Shown here: piece after piece, positions 39,915 through 48,753 of the stretch
How the letters are laid out: every line of letters starts with the position of its first letter
Position numbering within the stretch: the stretch's first letter is position 1
NCBI GenBank assembly: GCA_965219995.1
Contig: CBDCOX010000002.1
Coordinates: 3,072,001 to 3,136,000, forward strand
Origin: Candidatus Latescibacterota bacterium
GTDB lineage: Bacteria; Latescibacterota; UBA2968; GCA-2709665
Reading direction: 5' to 3'
Length of the DNA: 64,000 nucleotides
The notes under the pieces: model-generated
What the model was told of the DNA's origin: nothing
What the model saw: the letters and a program-made list of their open reading frames with translations, nothing else
Databases searched by the model: none
Position numbers and translations under genes: made by a program

Positions 39915-41381
39915 TCACTTCAGCCGGCGCCGCATGGGGCGCCTGGGCGAGGGCGCGGCGGAGCGGATCTCCCGGATGAATTCGGCCGCGGCGTCGCGGT
40001 AGGTCTCGAACGGGTCCTGCAGGCTCAGATGGCTCTCGTTCTCCAGGTAGACCGAGTCCCAATCCACAATATACCGCATCCGGTTCTCCGACAGGGCCCT
40101 GATCACGTCGGACCGGCCCCGCGCCCGCGTGTCGGCGGGCGGTTCGTCTCCCGCGCGGGCGATCTGCTCCTCCGTTAAGATGCGGTGCGTCATCCCTTTG
40201 TGCTCCAGGTCCAGGTAGAACCCCCGGTTGGGATCGATATTGTGATACTCCAGGTCCAGGCTCTGGAGCCACGGATCGTTCCAATCCACGCCTTCCGACT
40301 GCACGAACATCTCCAGCATCCACTTCTTGGCCACCCAGTCCAGCCGGTCCTTCAGCTCCATCGGGTCCCGCTCAAGCGCGTCCAGGGTCTGCTCCCATTC
40401 GGCCAGCACCCAGTCCGACTCCTCGTCCATGCCCCGCAGATGGCGCTGTGCCAGATCCAGGTACCGGCGCTGGATATCCACCGCCGAGACCGGCCTGCCG
40501 TTCTTGCGCTCCAGAATCCATTTGTGGGTGGGATCCCGTGAAATCTCCTTCAACGCCCAGACCGGATCACCCAGTCCCACGTCCTGCGGAAATACCTTGA
40601 GTTCAAGCAGATTCAACACCATCGCGGTGGTTCCCACCTTCAACGCGGTGGCGTACTCCGACATATTCGAATCGCCCATCAGCAGGTGCAGCCTGCGGTA
40701 CTTGTTGTAGTCGGCCAGCGGTTCGTCGCGGGTATTGATAATTGCCCGGGAGAACTGAATCCACTGGTAGATCTCCGTGACAATGTGGTCCGCGCGTTGT
40801 GAAATCTGAAAGGCGACGGGGTCTTCGTGACCGACGTCTTCGACCTCGTCCCGGCCATAGTAATAGAAGCTGTCATCGTAGCTGCCCACACGGCCGGCGC
40901 CGCTGTAGATCTGCCGAGTTACCAGAAACGGCAGCAGCGCCGGTATCACCACCATGGAAAACGGCACGTTTCTCCGAATCAGGTAGTTCTCGTGGCAGCC
41001 GAACGTAGCGCCGGTATAATGGTCGATATTGTTTTTGAGAAACGAAGCCTCTTTCGCAAGCCCCAGGGATCGAAGCGAACGCTGCAGAATCCGTTCTCCC
41101 GCGCGGTCGGAGGCGACCAGGTCGAACAGGCTCTTGCATTCGGGCGTGGTATATTCGATATGCCCCATGTCGATATAGACCCTGCCGGAATTGAACAGAA
41201 AACCGCCGTTTCCCGGCGGTTCGTCCCGTCCCCGATAGTGGATGTCGACAATCCCCTTGCGCTCGGTGTGGAAGACATGGTCCTTTACCTTCACCGTGAT
41301 GGCATCCGGGCTGACGAAGCCCTCGTGCTCCGGCGCCATGCACCCGTATTCGGTTTCCAGACCGAAAATGCGACGTTCCAT
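39915..41381 (-). CDS. pafA: Pup/UBact--protein ligase PafA
   Basis: GLETEYG, NSGRVYIDMGHIEYTTPEC, KNNID..FGCHENY, NTRDEP, RRLHLLMGDSN, LDLEYH; last gene of the proteasome locus. Confidence 0.85.
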   Translation of the reverse strand: MERRIFGLETEYGCMAPEHEGFVSPDAITVKVKDHVFHTERKGIVDIHYRGRDEPPGNGGFLFNSGRVYIDMGHIEYTTPECKSLFDLVASDRAGERILQRSLRSLGLAKEASFLKNNIDHYTGATFGCHENYLIRRNVPFSMVVIPALLPFLVTRQIYSGAGRVGSYDDSFYYYGRDEVEDVGHEDPVAFQISQRADHIVTEIYQWIQFSRAIINTRDEPLADYNKYRRLHLLMGDSNMSEYATALKVGTTAMVLNLLELKVFPQDVGLGDPVWALKEISRDPTHKWILERKNGRPVSAVDIQRRYLDLAQRHLRGMDEESDWVLAEWEQTLDALERDPMELKDRLDWVAKKWMLEMFVQSEGVDWNDPWLQSLDLEYHNIDPNRGFYLDLEHKGMTHRILTEEQIARAGDEPPADTRARGRSDVIRALSENRMRYIVDWDSVYLENESHLSLQDPFETYRDAAAEFIREIRSAAPSPRRPMRRRLK

Positions 41382-41569
41382 TGCGGGTCCTTACATGACT
41401 CCGAAATTCAGAAGCCGATCAGGATTCACGGGATTAGCAGGATTAAACAGGATTAGAAACCAAGAGCAGGAGGAATGTTCACTGTTCAGGGTCATTGCCC
41501 CAAGTCCGTCAGCCAGAGGAAGCGCATCGTCACTCTGACCAACCCGATGCCACAATTCAGGGATTGATG

Positions 41570-41683
41570 CGTGGTCATTGAGCTTGTCGAAATGCCCGCG
41601 TCTTGTAAACCCTTTGGTGCGTCAGGGTGCACTGCCCGAAACCCTTCGCCGACCCTTCGACAGGCTCAGGGAGCGACTCAGGG
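41570..41683. repeat. REP-like palindromic element, copy 2
   Basis: Same GTCATTGAGCTTGTCGAAATGCCCGCGT ... CCCTTCGACAGGCTCAGGG arms as at 8393-8495. Confidence 0.8.
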
Positions 41684-41801
41684 TGGAGACACGATTTCGT
41701 GAGTTGTCTGCGTTTCGCTTGATGAACGATGCGGACAAGGCGACTCGGCGGCGGGTTCAGACATTCGGTTTTCGGAAGAGTAAACCCGGACCGTCCGGCG
41801 T

Positions 41802-42581
41802 TCAGCGATACGGCTTGATCACGGGCTGTATTTCTCTATTCCCAAGAACGCGACAGGGGCGTTTGTCCGCGCCTGACCGGTCGAAAACCACGGCCTCAAC
41901 CTCTGCCGATTCCAACGCGGCCTTCAGGATGGCCTGCAGGTCCGCCTCGCCGGCCAGCCGTTCCAACTCGGACAGCTCCTGTGGAATCTCTTCCAGGGTT
42001 CCAACGAACCGCCCAGCCGCCCAGGCCTCCAGCGCGGCTTTCAACGCGTTCCGCAGGTTGAGGCGCCCGGTTTCCGGCAAGTAGCTCCGCATCAACCCGT
42101 CCGCTTCCGGTATCTCGCCCACAACGCCGCGACCTGCGTATTTCTGAAACGCGCCGTCGTAGTCCACGGTATAAAAGACAGCGCCTTCCTCCGACACATC
42201 GAGCTCCAGCATCAGGACCCGCACGATATACGGCGACCGGAACACCTCGTCGAACGCCGTCTTGACCGCGGGACCCAGGCCGAAGTGCACGATCTGCTGC
42301 AGGTTCACGTCCTGCTCGGAGTAATTGAACCCGATCACCGACGCCAAGTCCACGGCGGACTGCCGCAGCTTCTCGATGTCGGCGGGATGCCCGAGCGCCG
42401 CCATGCCGATGCGGTCGTACACCTCGAAGATCTTCTGCTGGCCCTGTCCCAGCGTGAGGAGCAGCGCGCCGTCGCGGTACGCCAGGCCCACGACCGGGCT
42501 GCCGCCCCGGAGCTGGTCTTCGATGTAGTCCCGCCGGTTGGCAACCGCGTCGGCCCATCGATAGGGTTCGTCCAGCATCAT
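41802..42581 (-). CDS. prcA: 20S proteasome alpha subunit
   Basis: EPYRW...GSPVVGL, QKIFEVYDRIGMAALG; coupled to prcB. Confidence 0.88.
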   Translation of the reverse strand: MMLDEPYRWADAVANRRDYIEDQLRGGSPVVGLAYRDGALLLTLGQGQQKIFEVYDRIGMAALGHPADIEKLRQSAVDLASVIGFNYSEQDVNLQQIVHFGLGPAVKTAFDEVFRSPYIVRVLMLELDVSEEGAVFYTVDYDGAFQKYAGRGVVGEIPEADGLMRSYLPETGRLNLRNALKAALEAWAAGRFVGTLEEIPQELSELERLAGEADLQAILKAALESAEVEAVVFDRSGADKRPCRVLGNREIQPVIKPYR

Positions 42582-43396
42582 CCCTCAGCGTCTCCTGATC
42601 CGTCCGCCCGGGCGATGTACCGCTCGTGGGAGGCCCGCAGCTCCTCCTCGGTCACGGTTCGGAGTCCATCCGCCGAGATGGTTTTCACGGTGGGCAACAC
42701 CCCGGCATCCCGCTCGTACCTTCCCGTGGCCGCGTCGTATTCCGCGGCCGTATGCAGCAGGCGCAGCGCCATGCCGAGGCTCTCGCTCCGGTCCAGCTCG
42801 GCAAACGGGCGTTCGCCCCACTGGTTGTTGTAGTACATCGCGCCCCGGATGGCCGCCGCGCCCGATCCCGTGGTGGAAAAATCGGCACTTTCGAACTGCG
42901 CGCCCAGTACGTCGTAGAAAAAAATCTTCCCGCGGCTGTCCGGTCGATCGTACGTGGCGAAAATGGGGATCACCGGCCCGATGCCCTGCATGGCCATCGG
43001 CAGATTGTCGCGAATCAGAAGGGAGAGTCGCCGCAGCTTGGCCGCCAGGCTCATTTCCTGCAACTGCCGGCGCCGGTGATATTGAAAGGTATGTTCGAGG
43101 ATGCGGGCGATTTCGTACGCCATGGCCGGCGATCCGGAGATGGCCATCACCGAGAACGCGTCGATATCGATGACCTTATCGGCGCGGTCGTATAGCACGG
43201 TATGGCCGGCGGTCGCGCGGCGGTCGCCGGCAATGAGGACGCCATCCCGGTAGCGAAGGGCCAGGATGGTCGTGCCCTCGGTGGGCTGAAACGGAAGGGA
43301 CGCCGCGCCGCCCTGTGCGCTTTCCGCCAGGTCGGCGCCGGGCAGCCGGTATCCTCCGGCTTTCAACAGATCCAGAAAATCCCCACCCGCACTCAT
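42578..43396 (-). CDS. prcB: 20S proteasome beta subunit with propeptide
   Basis: EG|TTILALRY...AGDRRATAG...DKV, TGSG (N-terminal Thr nucleophile); start MSAGGDF at 43396. Confidence 0.92.
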   Translation of the reverse strand: MSAGGDFLDLLKAGGYRLPGADLAESAQGGAASLPFQPTEGTTILALRYRDGVLIAGDRRATAGHTVLYDRADKVIDIDAFSVMAISGSPAMAYEIARILEHTFQYHRRRQLQEMSLAAKLRRLSLLIRDNLPMAMQGIGPVIPIFATYDRPDSRGKIFFYDVLGAQFESADFSTTGSGAAAIRGAMYYNNQWGERPFAELDRSESLGMALRLLHTAAEYDAATGRYERDAGVLPTVKTISADGLRTVTEEELRASHERYIARADGSGDAEG

Positions 43397-43400
43397 CGGC

Positions 43401-43592
43401 TCACTCGCCCGTGCGCTGGCGGTAGCGTCGCGCCTGATTCGGGTCCACGCGGCGCATTCGGCGCAGCAGGTCGCGGGTATCGGGGCGGTCAACGTCCGGT
43501 CGGGACGGTCCGTCGTTCCCGTCGTTCGGTCCCTCGTCGGGGGGGCCAGGCCTCCGGGTTCGCCGTTCCAAACTGGCAAGGTCTCTCTTCAT
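43401..43592 (-). CDS. ubact: Ubiquitin-like modifier UBact (Pup analogue)
   Basis: Small disordered protein ending LLRRMRRVDPNQARRYRQRTGE (R-[T/S]-G-E), located between dop and prcB; GGAGGAG RBS. Confidence 0.9.
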   Translation of the reverse strand: MKRDLASLERRTRRPGPPDEGPNDGNDGPSRPDVDRPDTRDLLRRMRRVDPNQARRYRQRTGE

Positions 43593-43697
43593 AGCCATCT
43601 CCTCCAGGTGTCCTGTCCCGAAAATAAGTTGGCTGGATTCGGCCGTCGAGTCGCCCGGCTCGCAAGGCGCCTGCAGAGCGACGTTTCCAACGGACTG

Positions 43698-45212
43698 TCA
43701 GAGCGCGTCCAGGAACTCGTCCAGTCCATCCGAGCGATCCAGCGCTCTATTATAATACGCGACCTTCTCTCCATCAACCAGATCCTTCATATCCACGGCA
43801 CGCTGTTTTCCGTTCCGTGAGAACACGATCCGGTCCCAGTTGACCGATTTGACGTCGTGCCCGAATTTCTCCAGGCATCTGCCGCGGAAATAGGCACGGG
43901 TATCCGCGGGCGGAACGGACATCGCCTCCTCGATCCGCTCATCGTCGACGAGCCGGATCATTTTTGCCTGGTCTTCCAGCAGAAAGTAGAGCCCGGCGTC
44001 CCGGTCCACGTTGTGGTACTCGAGATCCTGGCTCTGTAGCCAGGCCAGATCGTTCGGATTGTCCCAGGAAAGTCCTTCCGCCTCGCGAAAACAATCCAGC
44101 AACCACTTCTTGCTCACCCAGTCGCAGGCGCCCACCATCGCCATGGGATCCCTTTCGAGGCCATCCAGAATCTCTTCCCACGCGTTGAGCACCCAGACCG
44201 TTTCCACGTCTCCGTCACCGAAACGCTCTCGCGCCCGCGCCAGGTACATCCGCTGGATTTCGACGGCCGGAACCAGCCGGTCGGTCTTGCGATCCAGCTC
44301 CACCATCCACTGATAACTCTGGTCGCGCGACACGTCCTTCAGTGCGGCGATCGGATCCTTCAAGGCCACGTCGGGAAGATCATCCTCTTCAACCAGCCCC
44401 ACCACCAGGGCCGTCGCGCCGACTTTCAGGGCCGTGACGTATTCCGACATGTTCGAGTCGCCGAGGATCACGTGCAGCCTGCGGTAGCGGCCGGCGTCGG
44501 CGTGGGGCTCGTCCCGCGTGTTGATGAGCGGCCGCTTGTGCATGGTGTCCACACTGGCGATCACCTCGAAGAATTCGGACCGCTGCGAGAGCTGATAGAC
44601 GGCCGCCCGGTCGCCGCGTTCCACGCCCATTTTGCCGGCACCCGCGTAAATCTGCCGCGTAACGAGAAACGGCAGCAGGCCCTTTACGATTCGCTCGAAA
44701 GGGGTCCCGCGGTCCATCAGGTAGTTCTCGTGACACCCGTAGCTGTGACCTTCGAAATCGGTGTTGTTCTTGTAGATGCGGACCGTGCCCTCGGGAAGCA
44801 TCTCCGTTCGCCTCCGGGCGCAGACGTCCACGATCCGCTCGCCGGCGCGGTCCTGCGCGACCAGCTCGAAGAGGCTGAGGCACTCGCCCGTGGCGTATTC
44901 CGGATGGGTATGGTCATTGTAAAAACGGGCGCCGTTGCGAATGATCAGATCGCTCTTCAACTCCTCGAGCGGCACCTTTCGCTGACGGTCCTTCTGAAGA
45001 TGCACCTTCTCGTCGGTATCGTTCAGCAGGGAGTCCACTTCGAACCCACGTACGTCCTTGCGGGGGTTCTCCAACTGATAGTCCCACAGGGGCGTGAAAT
45101 CACCCGTGAGATAGCAGCGGATCAACTGCATCGACTCTTCCACCACGTCGATCCGGTTCACCCCTTCGATCGTGATTCCGTATTCGGTTTCCAGGCCGAA
45201 AAGTCTATTCAT
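43698..45212 (-). CDS. dop: Dop deamidase/depupylase (PafA2 family)
   Basis: GLETEYG, Dop loop WDYQLENPRKD, NGARFYNDHTHPEY, YKNNTD..SYGCHENY, NTRDEPHAD. Confidence 0.88.
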   Translation of the reverse strand: MNRLFGLETEYGITIEGVNRIDVVEESMQLIRCYLTGDFTPLWDYQLENPRKDVRGFEVDSLLNDTDEKVHLQKDRQRKVPLEELKSDLIIRNGARFYNDHTHPEYATGECLSLFELVAQDRAGERIVDVCARRRTEMLPEGTVRIYKNNTDFEGHSYGCHENYLMDRGTPFERIVKGLLPFLVTRQIYAGAGKMGVERGDRAAVYQLSQRSEFFEVIASVDTMHKRPLINTRDEPHADAGRYRRLHVILGDSNMSEYVTALKVGATALVVGLVEEDDLPDVALKDPIAALKDVSRDQSYQWMVELDRKTDRLVPAVEIQRMYLARARERFGDGDVETVWVLNAWEEILDGLERDPMAMVGACDWVSKKWLLDCFREAEGLSWDNPNDLAWLQSQDLEYHNVDRDAGLYFLLEDQAKMIRLVDDERIEEAMSVPPADTRAYFRGRCLEKFGHDVKSVNWDRIVFSRNGKQRAVDMKDLVDGEKVAYYNRALDRSDGLDEFLDAL

Positions 45213-45234
45213 GAACGTTACTCAGTTCTCAAAA

Positions 45235-45538
45235 AGCGGTGAGACGTGAAAGGGAGAATTAAGAATGAAAACCTGAAAGCGGTGAGGGGGTAGACGGGAG
45301 ACGGTAGATGACGTGCTTGCACAATTGGTTCTTCTCCTATGCCTCTGGCACAATATGAAACCGGACGAAGCAAGAAAACCCGTGAGACGGTAGACGGTAG
45401 ATGAAAGCAGTGAGACGGGAGCCGTTAGACGGTAGATGACATCTTTGCCCGATTGGTTTTTCCTTTAGGCCTGCGGCAAGAGATGATACCAAACAAGCAC
45501 TGACATCATCTCACGTCTCACCTCTACCGTCTCCCCGC
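45235..45538 (+). repeat. Modular heptamer-armed hairpin element, copy 5 (A + A), inside the proteasome locus
   Basis: AAGAATGAAAACCTGAAA leader, core A at 45308 and 45436, inverted arm ending a few nt before the mpa stop. Confidence 0.9.
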
Positions 45539-45544
45539 CTTTCG

Positions 45545-47266
45545 CTATACAATCCGATTACCCCGCCGGTTCGGTTCCCGGCCGGGCCGAATCGGTGACG
45601 CCCGCACGACGTTTTCCGGATCGTAATCGAGCAGTTTCAGCCAGTCTTCCGTGTTGTCGGTGGGCGGGAAGATCTCGTTCTCGGTGTACTCGGTGTCGAC
45701 CGCCTGCAGCAGATCGTCCCCCGAGATGCCCTCTTCCTTTCCGGACGCGATGGACCGCCGGATGGCCATCTCCTTTGCGCGCCTCACGATCGACTCCATA
45801 ATCGCCCCGCTGGCCAGGTCCCCGCGCCGAAGGGTGTCCTTCCTGCCGCTTCGGAGGGTCACCTCGAGAAACCGCGTATGGTCTCGCTTCGAAAAGATCT
45901 CTTCCGCCGTGCGGGCGACGAGCGACTCCACGGCCGCGACGGAATCGCCGCCGTGCTGCTCCAGCGCCTTCCGGTCGATCGGCAGATCGGGCGTCAGGTA
46001 GATCTTGAGGATATCGAGCGCGCCATACCGGTCCGGGCGTTTCACCTTGATTTTCCGGTCGATTCGGCCCGGCCGCAGAATGGCGGGATCGATCAGGTCC
46101 GGGCGGTTGGACGCCAGAATGATCACCACGTCCTGGAGCGACTCGATGCCGTCCATTTCGGAACAGAACATCGGCACCACGGTATTCGAAATGCTGTGCG
46201 ACCGCATGGCCCGGCGCGTACCGAGAACGGATTCCGCCTCGTCGATGAACACCACCGGCAGATAACCCTCTTTCCGCTTCTCCCGCGCCCGGGAGAAAAT
46301 CTCGCGAATCTGGCGTTCGGACTCGCCCAGCCACATATTGAGGATTTCCGGCCCTTTGACGTTCATGAAACATTCCTTCAGGTTCAGACCGGCCTCCTGC
46401 TGTGCCTGCTTGACGAGGTTGTGCGCGGTTGCCTTGCCGATCAGCGTCTTGCCGCAGCCCGGCGGGCCGTACAACAGGAACCCCTTGGGGACGCTGTATC
46501 GGAACCTGGAAAACAGGTCCGGATGCAACGTGGGCATCTCGATCGTATCTTTAATGGCCTGGATGGCCTCTTCCTGGCCTCCGATCTTCTCCCAGGGCAG
46601 ATCGGGGATTTCTTCGAGGTAATAGTCTCTGGCTTCCTTTCCGGGCATGCGTTCCAGCGCCACCCGGAGGTTCGGGTCCACGCGGACCTCATCGCCCGCC
46701 TTCAGGGACGCCGCCGCCAGGTCGCTGGAGCGGGAAAGCACCGTCACCTGGCCGCCCGGTTCCTGGCCGACCCGCAGCCGGCCGTCTTCCAGCACGTCGG
46801 ATATCTTCACCACCTGGCCCGAGGATGAATAGCCCAGTTCGCCTACGATGGCGAACGCGTCGTTTACGAGTACCCTCGCGCCCACCTTCAGCGCCTCCTG
46901 GTCCAGCCGGGAATCGACGTTGGCGTAATATTCCGATCCGCCCACGCTGATGTAGGCCACGCCGTCGCGGGGGCCCTCGAGGAGCGTGCCCACGCGGTTC
47001 GCCGGCGCCGTCACCTTCTCGAGCGCGGCCTCCATCTCCACGATGGTCCGCCTCGCCTCCTCGAACGTGATTTCGTCTTCCTGAAGCTGTCTGCGGAGGT
47101 GGTAGAGCAGGGGACGCCGTTTGTCCTTTTCGTCCATCGACATCAATATCTGGTCGATGATGGACAGCGAGCGGAACGTGTGCTGCATATCCACGTAGTC
47201 CTGCAGAAAGTCGTCCGGCGACTTTCGCTGTCGATTTCCTTCGTCGGGGCGGTTAATGGCGCTCAC
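45545..47266 (-). CDS. arc: Proteasome AAA ATPase ARC/Mpa
   Basis: N-terminal coiled coil plus OB domains, GPPGCGKT, NVKGPEILNMWLGESER, FIDEAES, DPAILRPGRIDRKI, PPTDNTEDW. Confidence 0.9.
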   Translation of the reverse strand: MSAINRPDEGNRQRKSPDDFLQDYVDMQHTFRSLSIIDQILMSMDEKDKRRPLLYHLRRQLQEDEITFEEARRTIVEMEAALEKVTAPANRVGTLLEGPRDGVAYISVGGSEYYANVDSRLDQEALKVGARVLVNDAFAIVGELGYSSSGQVVKISDVLEDGRLRVGQEPGGQVTVLSRSSDLAAASLKAGDEVRVDPNLRVALERMPGKEARDYYLEEIPDLPWEKIGGQEEAIQAIKDTIEMPTLHPDLFSRFRYSVPKGFLLYGPPGCGKTLIGKATAHNLVKQAQQEAGLNLKECFMNVKGPEILNMWLGESERQIREIFSRAREKRKEGYLPVVFIDEAESVLGTRRAMRSHSISNTVVPMFCSEMDGIESLQDVVIILASNRPDLIDPAILRPGRIDRKIKVKRPDRYGALDILKIYLTPDLPIDRKALEQHGGDSVAAVESLVARTAEEIFSKRDHTRFLEVTLRSGRKDTLRRGDLASGAIMESIVRRAKEMAIRRSIASGKEEGISGDDLLQAVDTEYTENEIFPPTDNTEDWLKLLDYDPENVVRASPIRPGREPNRRGNRIV

Positions 47267-47277
47267 CTCCGGAATCG

Positions 47278-47461
47278 AAAAGGAAAAAGGAAGAATGAAG
47301 ACCTGAAACCGGTGAGACGGTAGACGTAAGACGGGAGATGATGTGAATGCTCTATGGTTTTTCTTGATTGCTACGATAACGGTAAATTAGCGGGCACGGT
47401 TTGTGTAGAAACACTGCTGTAAAAGTCTTCATCTACCGTCTACCGTCTCCCGTCTCCCCGC
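47278..47461. repeat. Modular heptamer-armed hairpin element, copy 6 (core B inverted)
   Basis: 47338-47432 is the near reverse complement of core B at 18549; same leader and arms as the other copies. Confidence 0.9.
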
Positions 47462-47463
47462 CT

Positions 47464-48366
47464 TTAGTCGTCCATCTCCCGCTTGAAGGTGAACTTCATC
47501 TTGGCGCCGGGGTTCTCCACCTTGACGTTCCCCCGGATCACGGTGACGTCCATCTCTTTGAACGACAGCTTGATTTCATGTCCGATTACGATTCCGCGGC
47601 CCACGTCGACGGTCCATTTCCCCTTTCCCTCGCCCGTGCCCTCGACCATAATGGACACCGCGTTTGAAAATATCCAGCCGCGATACCGCATCTGCCGGGT
47701 CTCGTCGATGAGGGCGACCCGGCGGCCCTTCTTCTTCGCCAGTCGCTTCAATACGTAAACGCTGTTGATCTCCACCGTGCCTTTGTCCTGAAGCGCGGGG
47801 ATGGGAATCTCGTGGCGGCGCAGGCCGTTCCACGAATCTCCGGAACCGACGTCCCGCTTGGGCAGAACCGGATGTATTTCCGGCACCCAGAGCTGATGCA
47901 GATCGCTGATTGCCGCCTCCCGGCGCACTTCGTAAGACTTGAAACCGGGCTTGAACCCGATCACGTCGCCCGCCGCAGTCACGTTCCACGTAAATGTCCG
48001 GTTGTTGAACATATCGAGCAGGTACGGGAAGTTGTTCTCGCTGATCTGAACGCGGTCTTCCATGACCGTGCTCTCGGCGTTCTGAACCGTTGCCGTCACG
48101 GTTGCGGCTTCCGCCGAGATTGCAGTGACGGCTTCTCTGCTCTTCCATTTTCCGTAGGTCCGGACGTCGACGGTGCCGGACGTCTTGTCCTCGTCGATCA
48201 GGTCCGCGCGACCGCTGTAATACTCCAGCGTCCAGGAATTCTTATACAGATTCGACTGCCCCGACTTGTAGACGAACTTGAGTGCCACCTTCTCGGCAAA
48301 CGCGGATCCTCCGGGAAAGAACAGAACAGTCGAAATGAACATGCAAAGAAGACGATTCCGGCCCAT
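47464..48366 (-). CDS. Exported hypothetical beta-rich protein
   Basis: GGAG RBS, signal peptide ending AFA, PVLPKRDVGSGDSW motif, 300 aa. Confidence 0.7.
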   Translation of the reverse strand: MGRNRLLCMFISTVLFFPGGSAFAEKVALKFVYKSGQSNLYKNSWTLEYYSGRADLIDEDKTSGTVDVRTYGKWKSREAVTAISAEAATVTATVQNAESTVMEDRVQISENNFPYLLDMFNNRTFTWNVTAAGDVIGFKPGFKSYEVRREAAISDLHQLWVPEIHPVLPKRDVGSGDSWNGLRRHEIPIPALQDKGTVEINSVYVLKRLAKKKGRRVALIDETRQMRYRGWIFSNAVSIMVEGTGEGKGKWTVDVGRGIVIGHEIKLSFKEMDVTVIRGNVKVENPGAKMKFTFKREMDD

Positions 48367-48753
48367 GGCTCCCTCCTGCTTCGATGGACGGTAATTAAAG
48401 GGGGACTCTGCCTACGTCAGCTGAATTGGAAGAGTTTCCGACGCAAATCGGAATCGTTAGCACCGCGAAGAATTGCGGGATCCCGATACAAAAAAAAGCC
48501 TGTGATGTGAAAAGTAACATCGAAGTACCGTGAAGTCAAGTTGAGCACAGATGCCGGTGTGACATCCGGAAGGTCCCCCGAGGTGCGCTGGAGGATGTTG
48601 ACGTCCGGGCGGCCCCGTGAAGTGAAGTTTCTCTTCACTTCGGGAAAAGGGCTTGACATGGCCGCCCGTATGGACAATGTTTACCCATATACGGTCGGCA
48701 GGAAGGTTCCTTCTTCTTCGGCATAGCGCATCATCGAGACGGGGCGCCAACAA

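Noticed and set aside
42578-43579. 333-aa ORF suggesting a UBact-PrcB fusion
   Set aside because: The upstream extension is a different frame overlapping ubact. ubact has its own stop at 43401, and prcB starts at 43396.
48367-48753. Possible ncRNA or promoter in the divergent intergenic region (hairpin GAAGTGAAG..CTTCACTTC, TTGACA at 48653)
   Set aside because: No properly spaced -10 element and no recognisable RNA family; evidence is insufficient.
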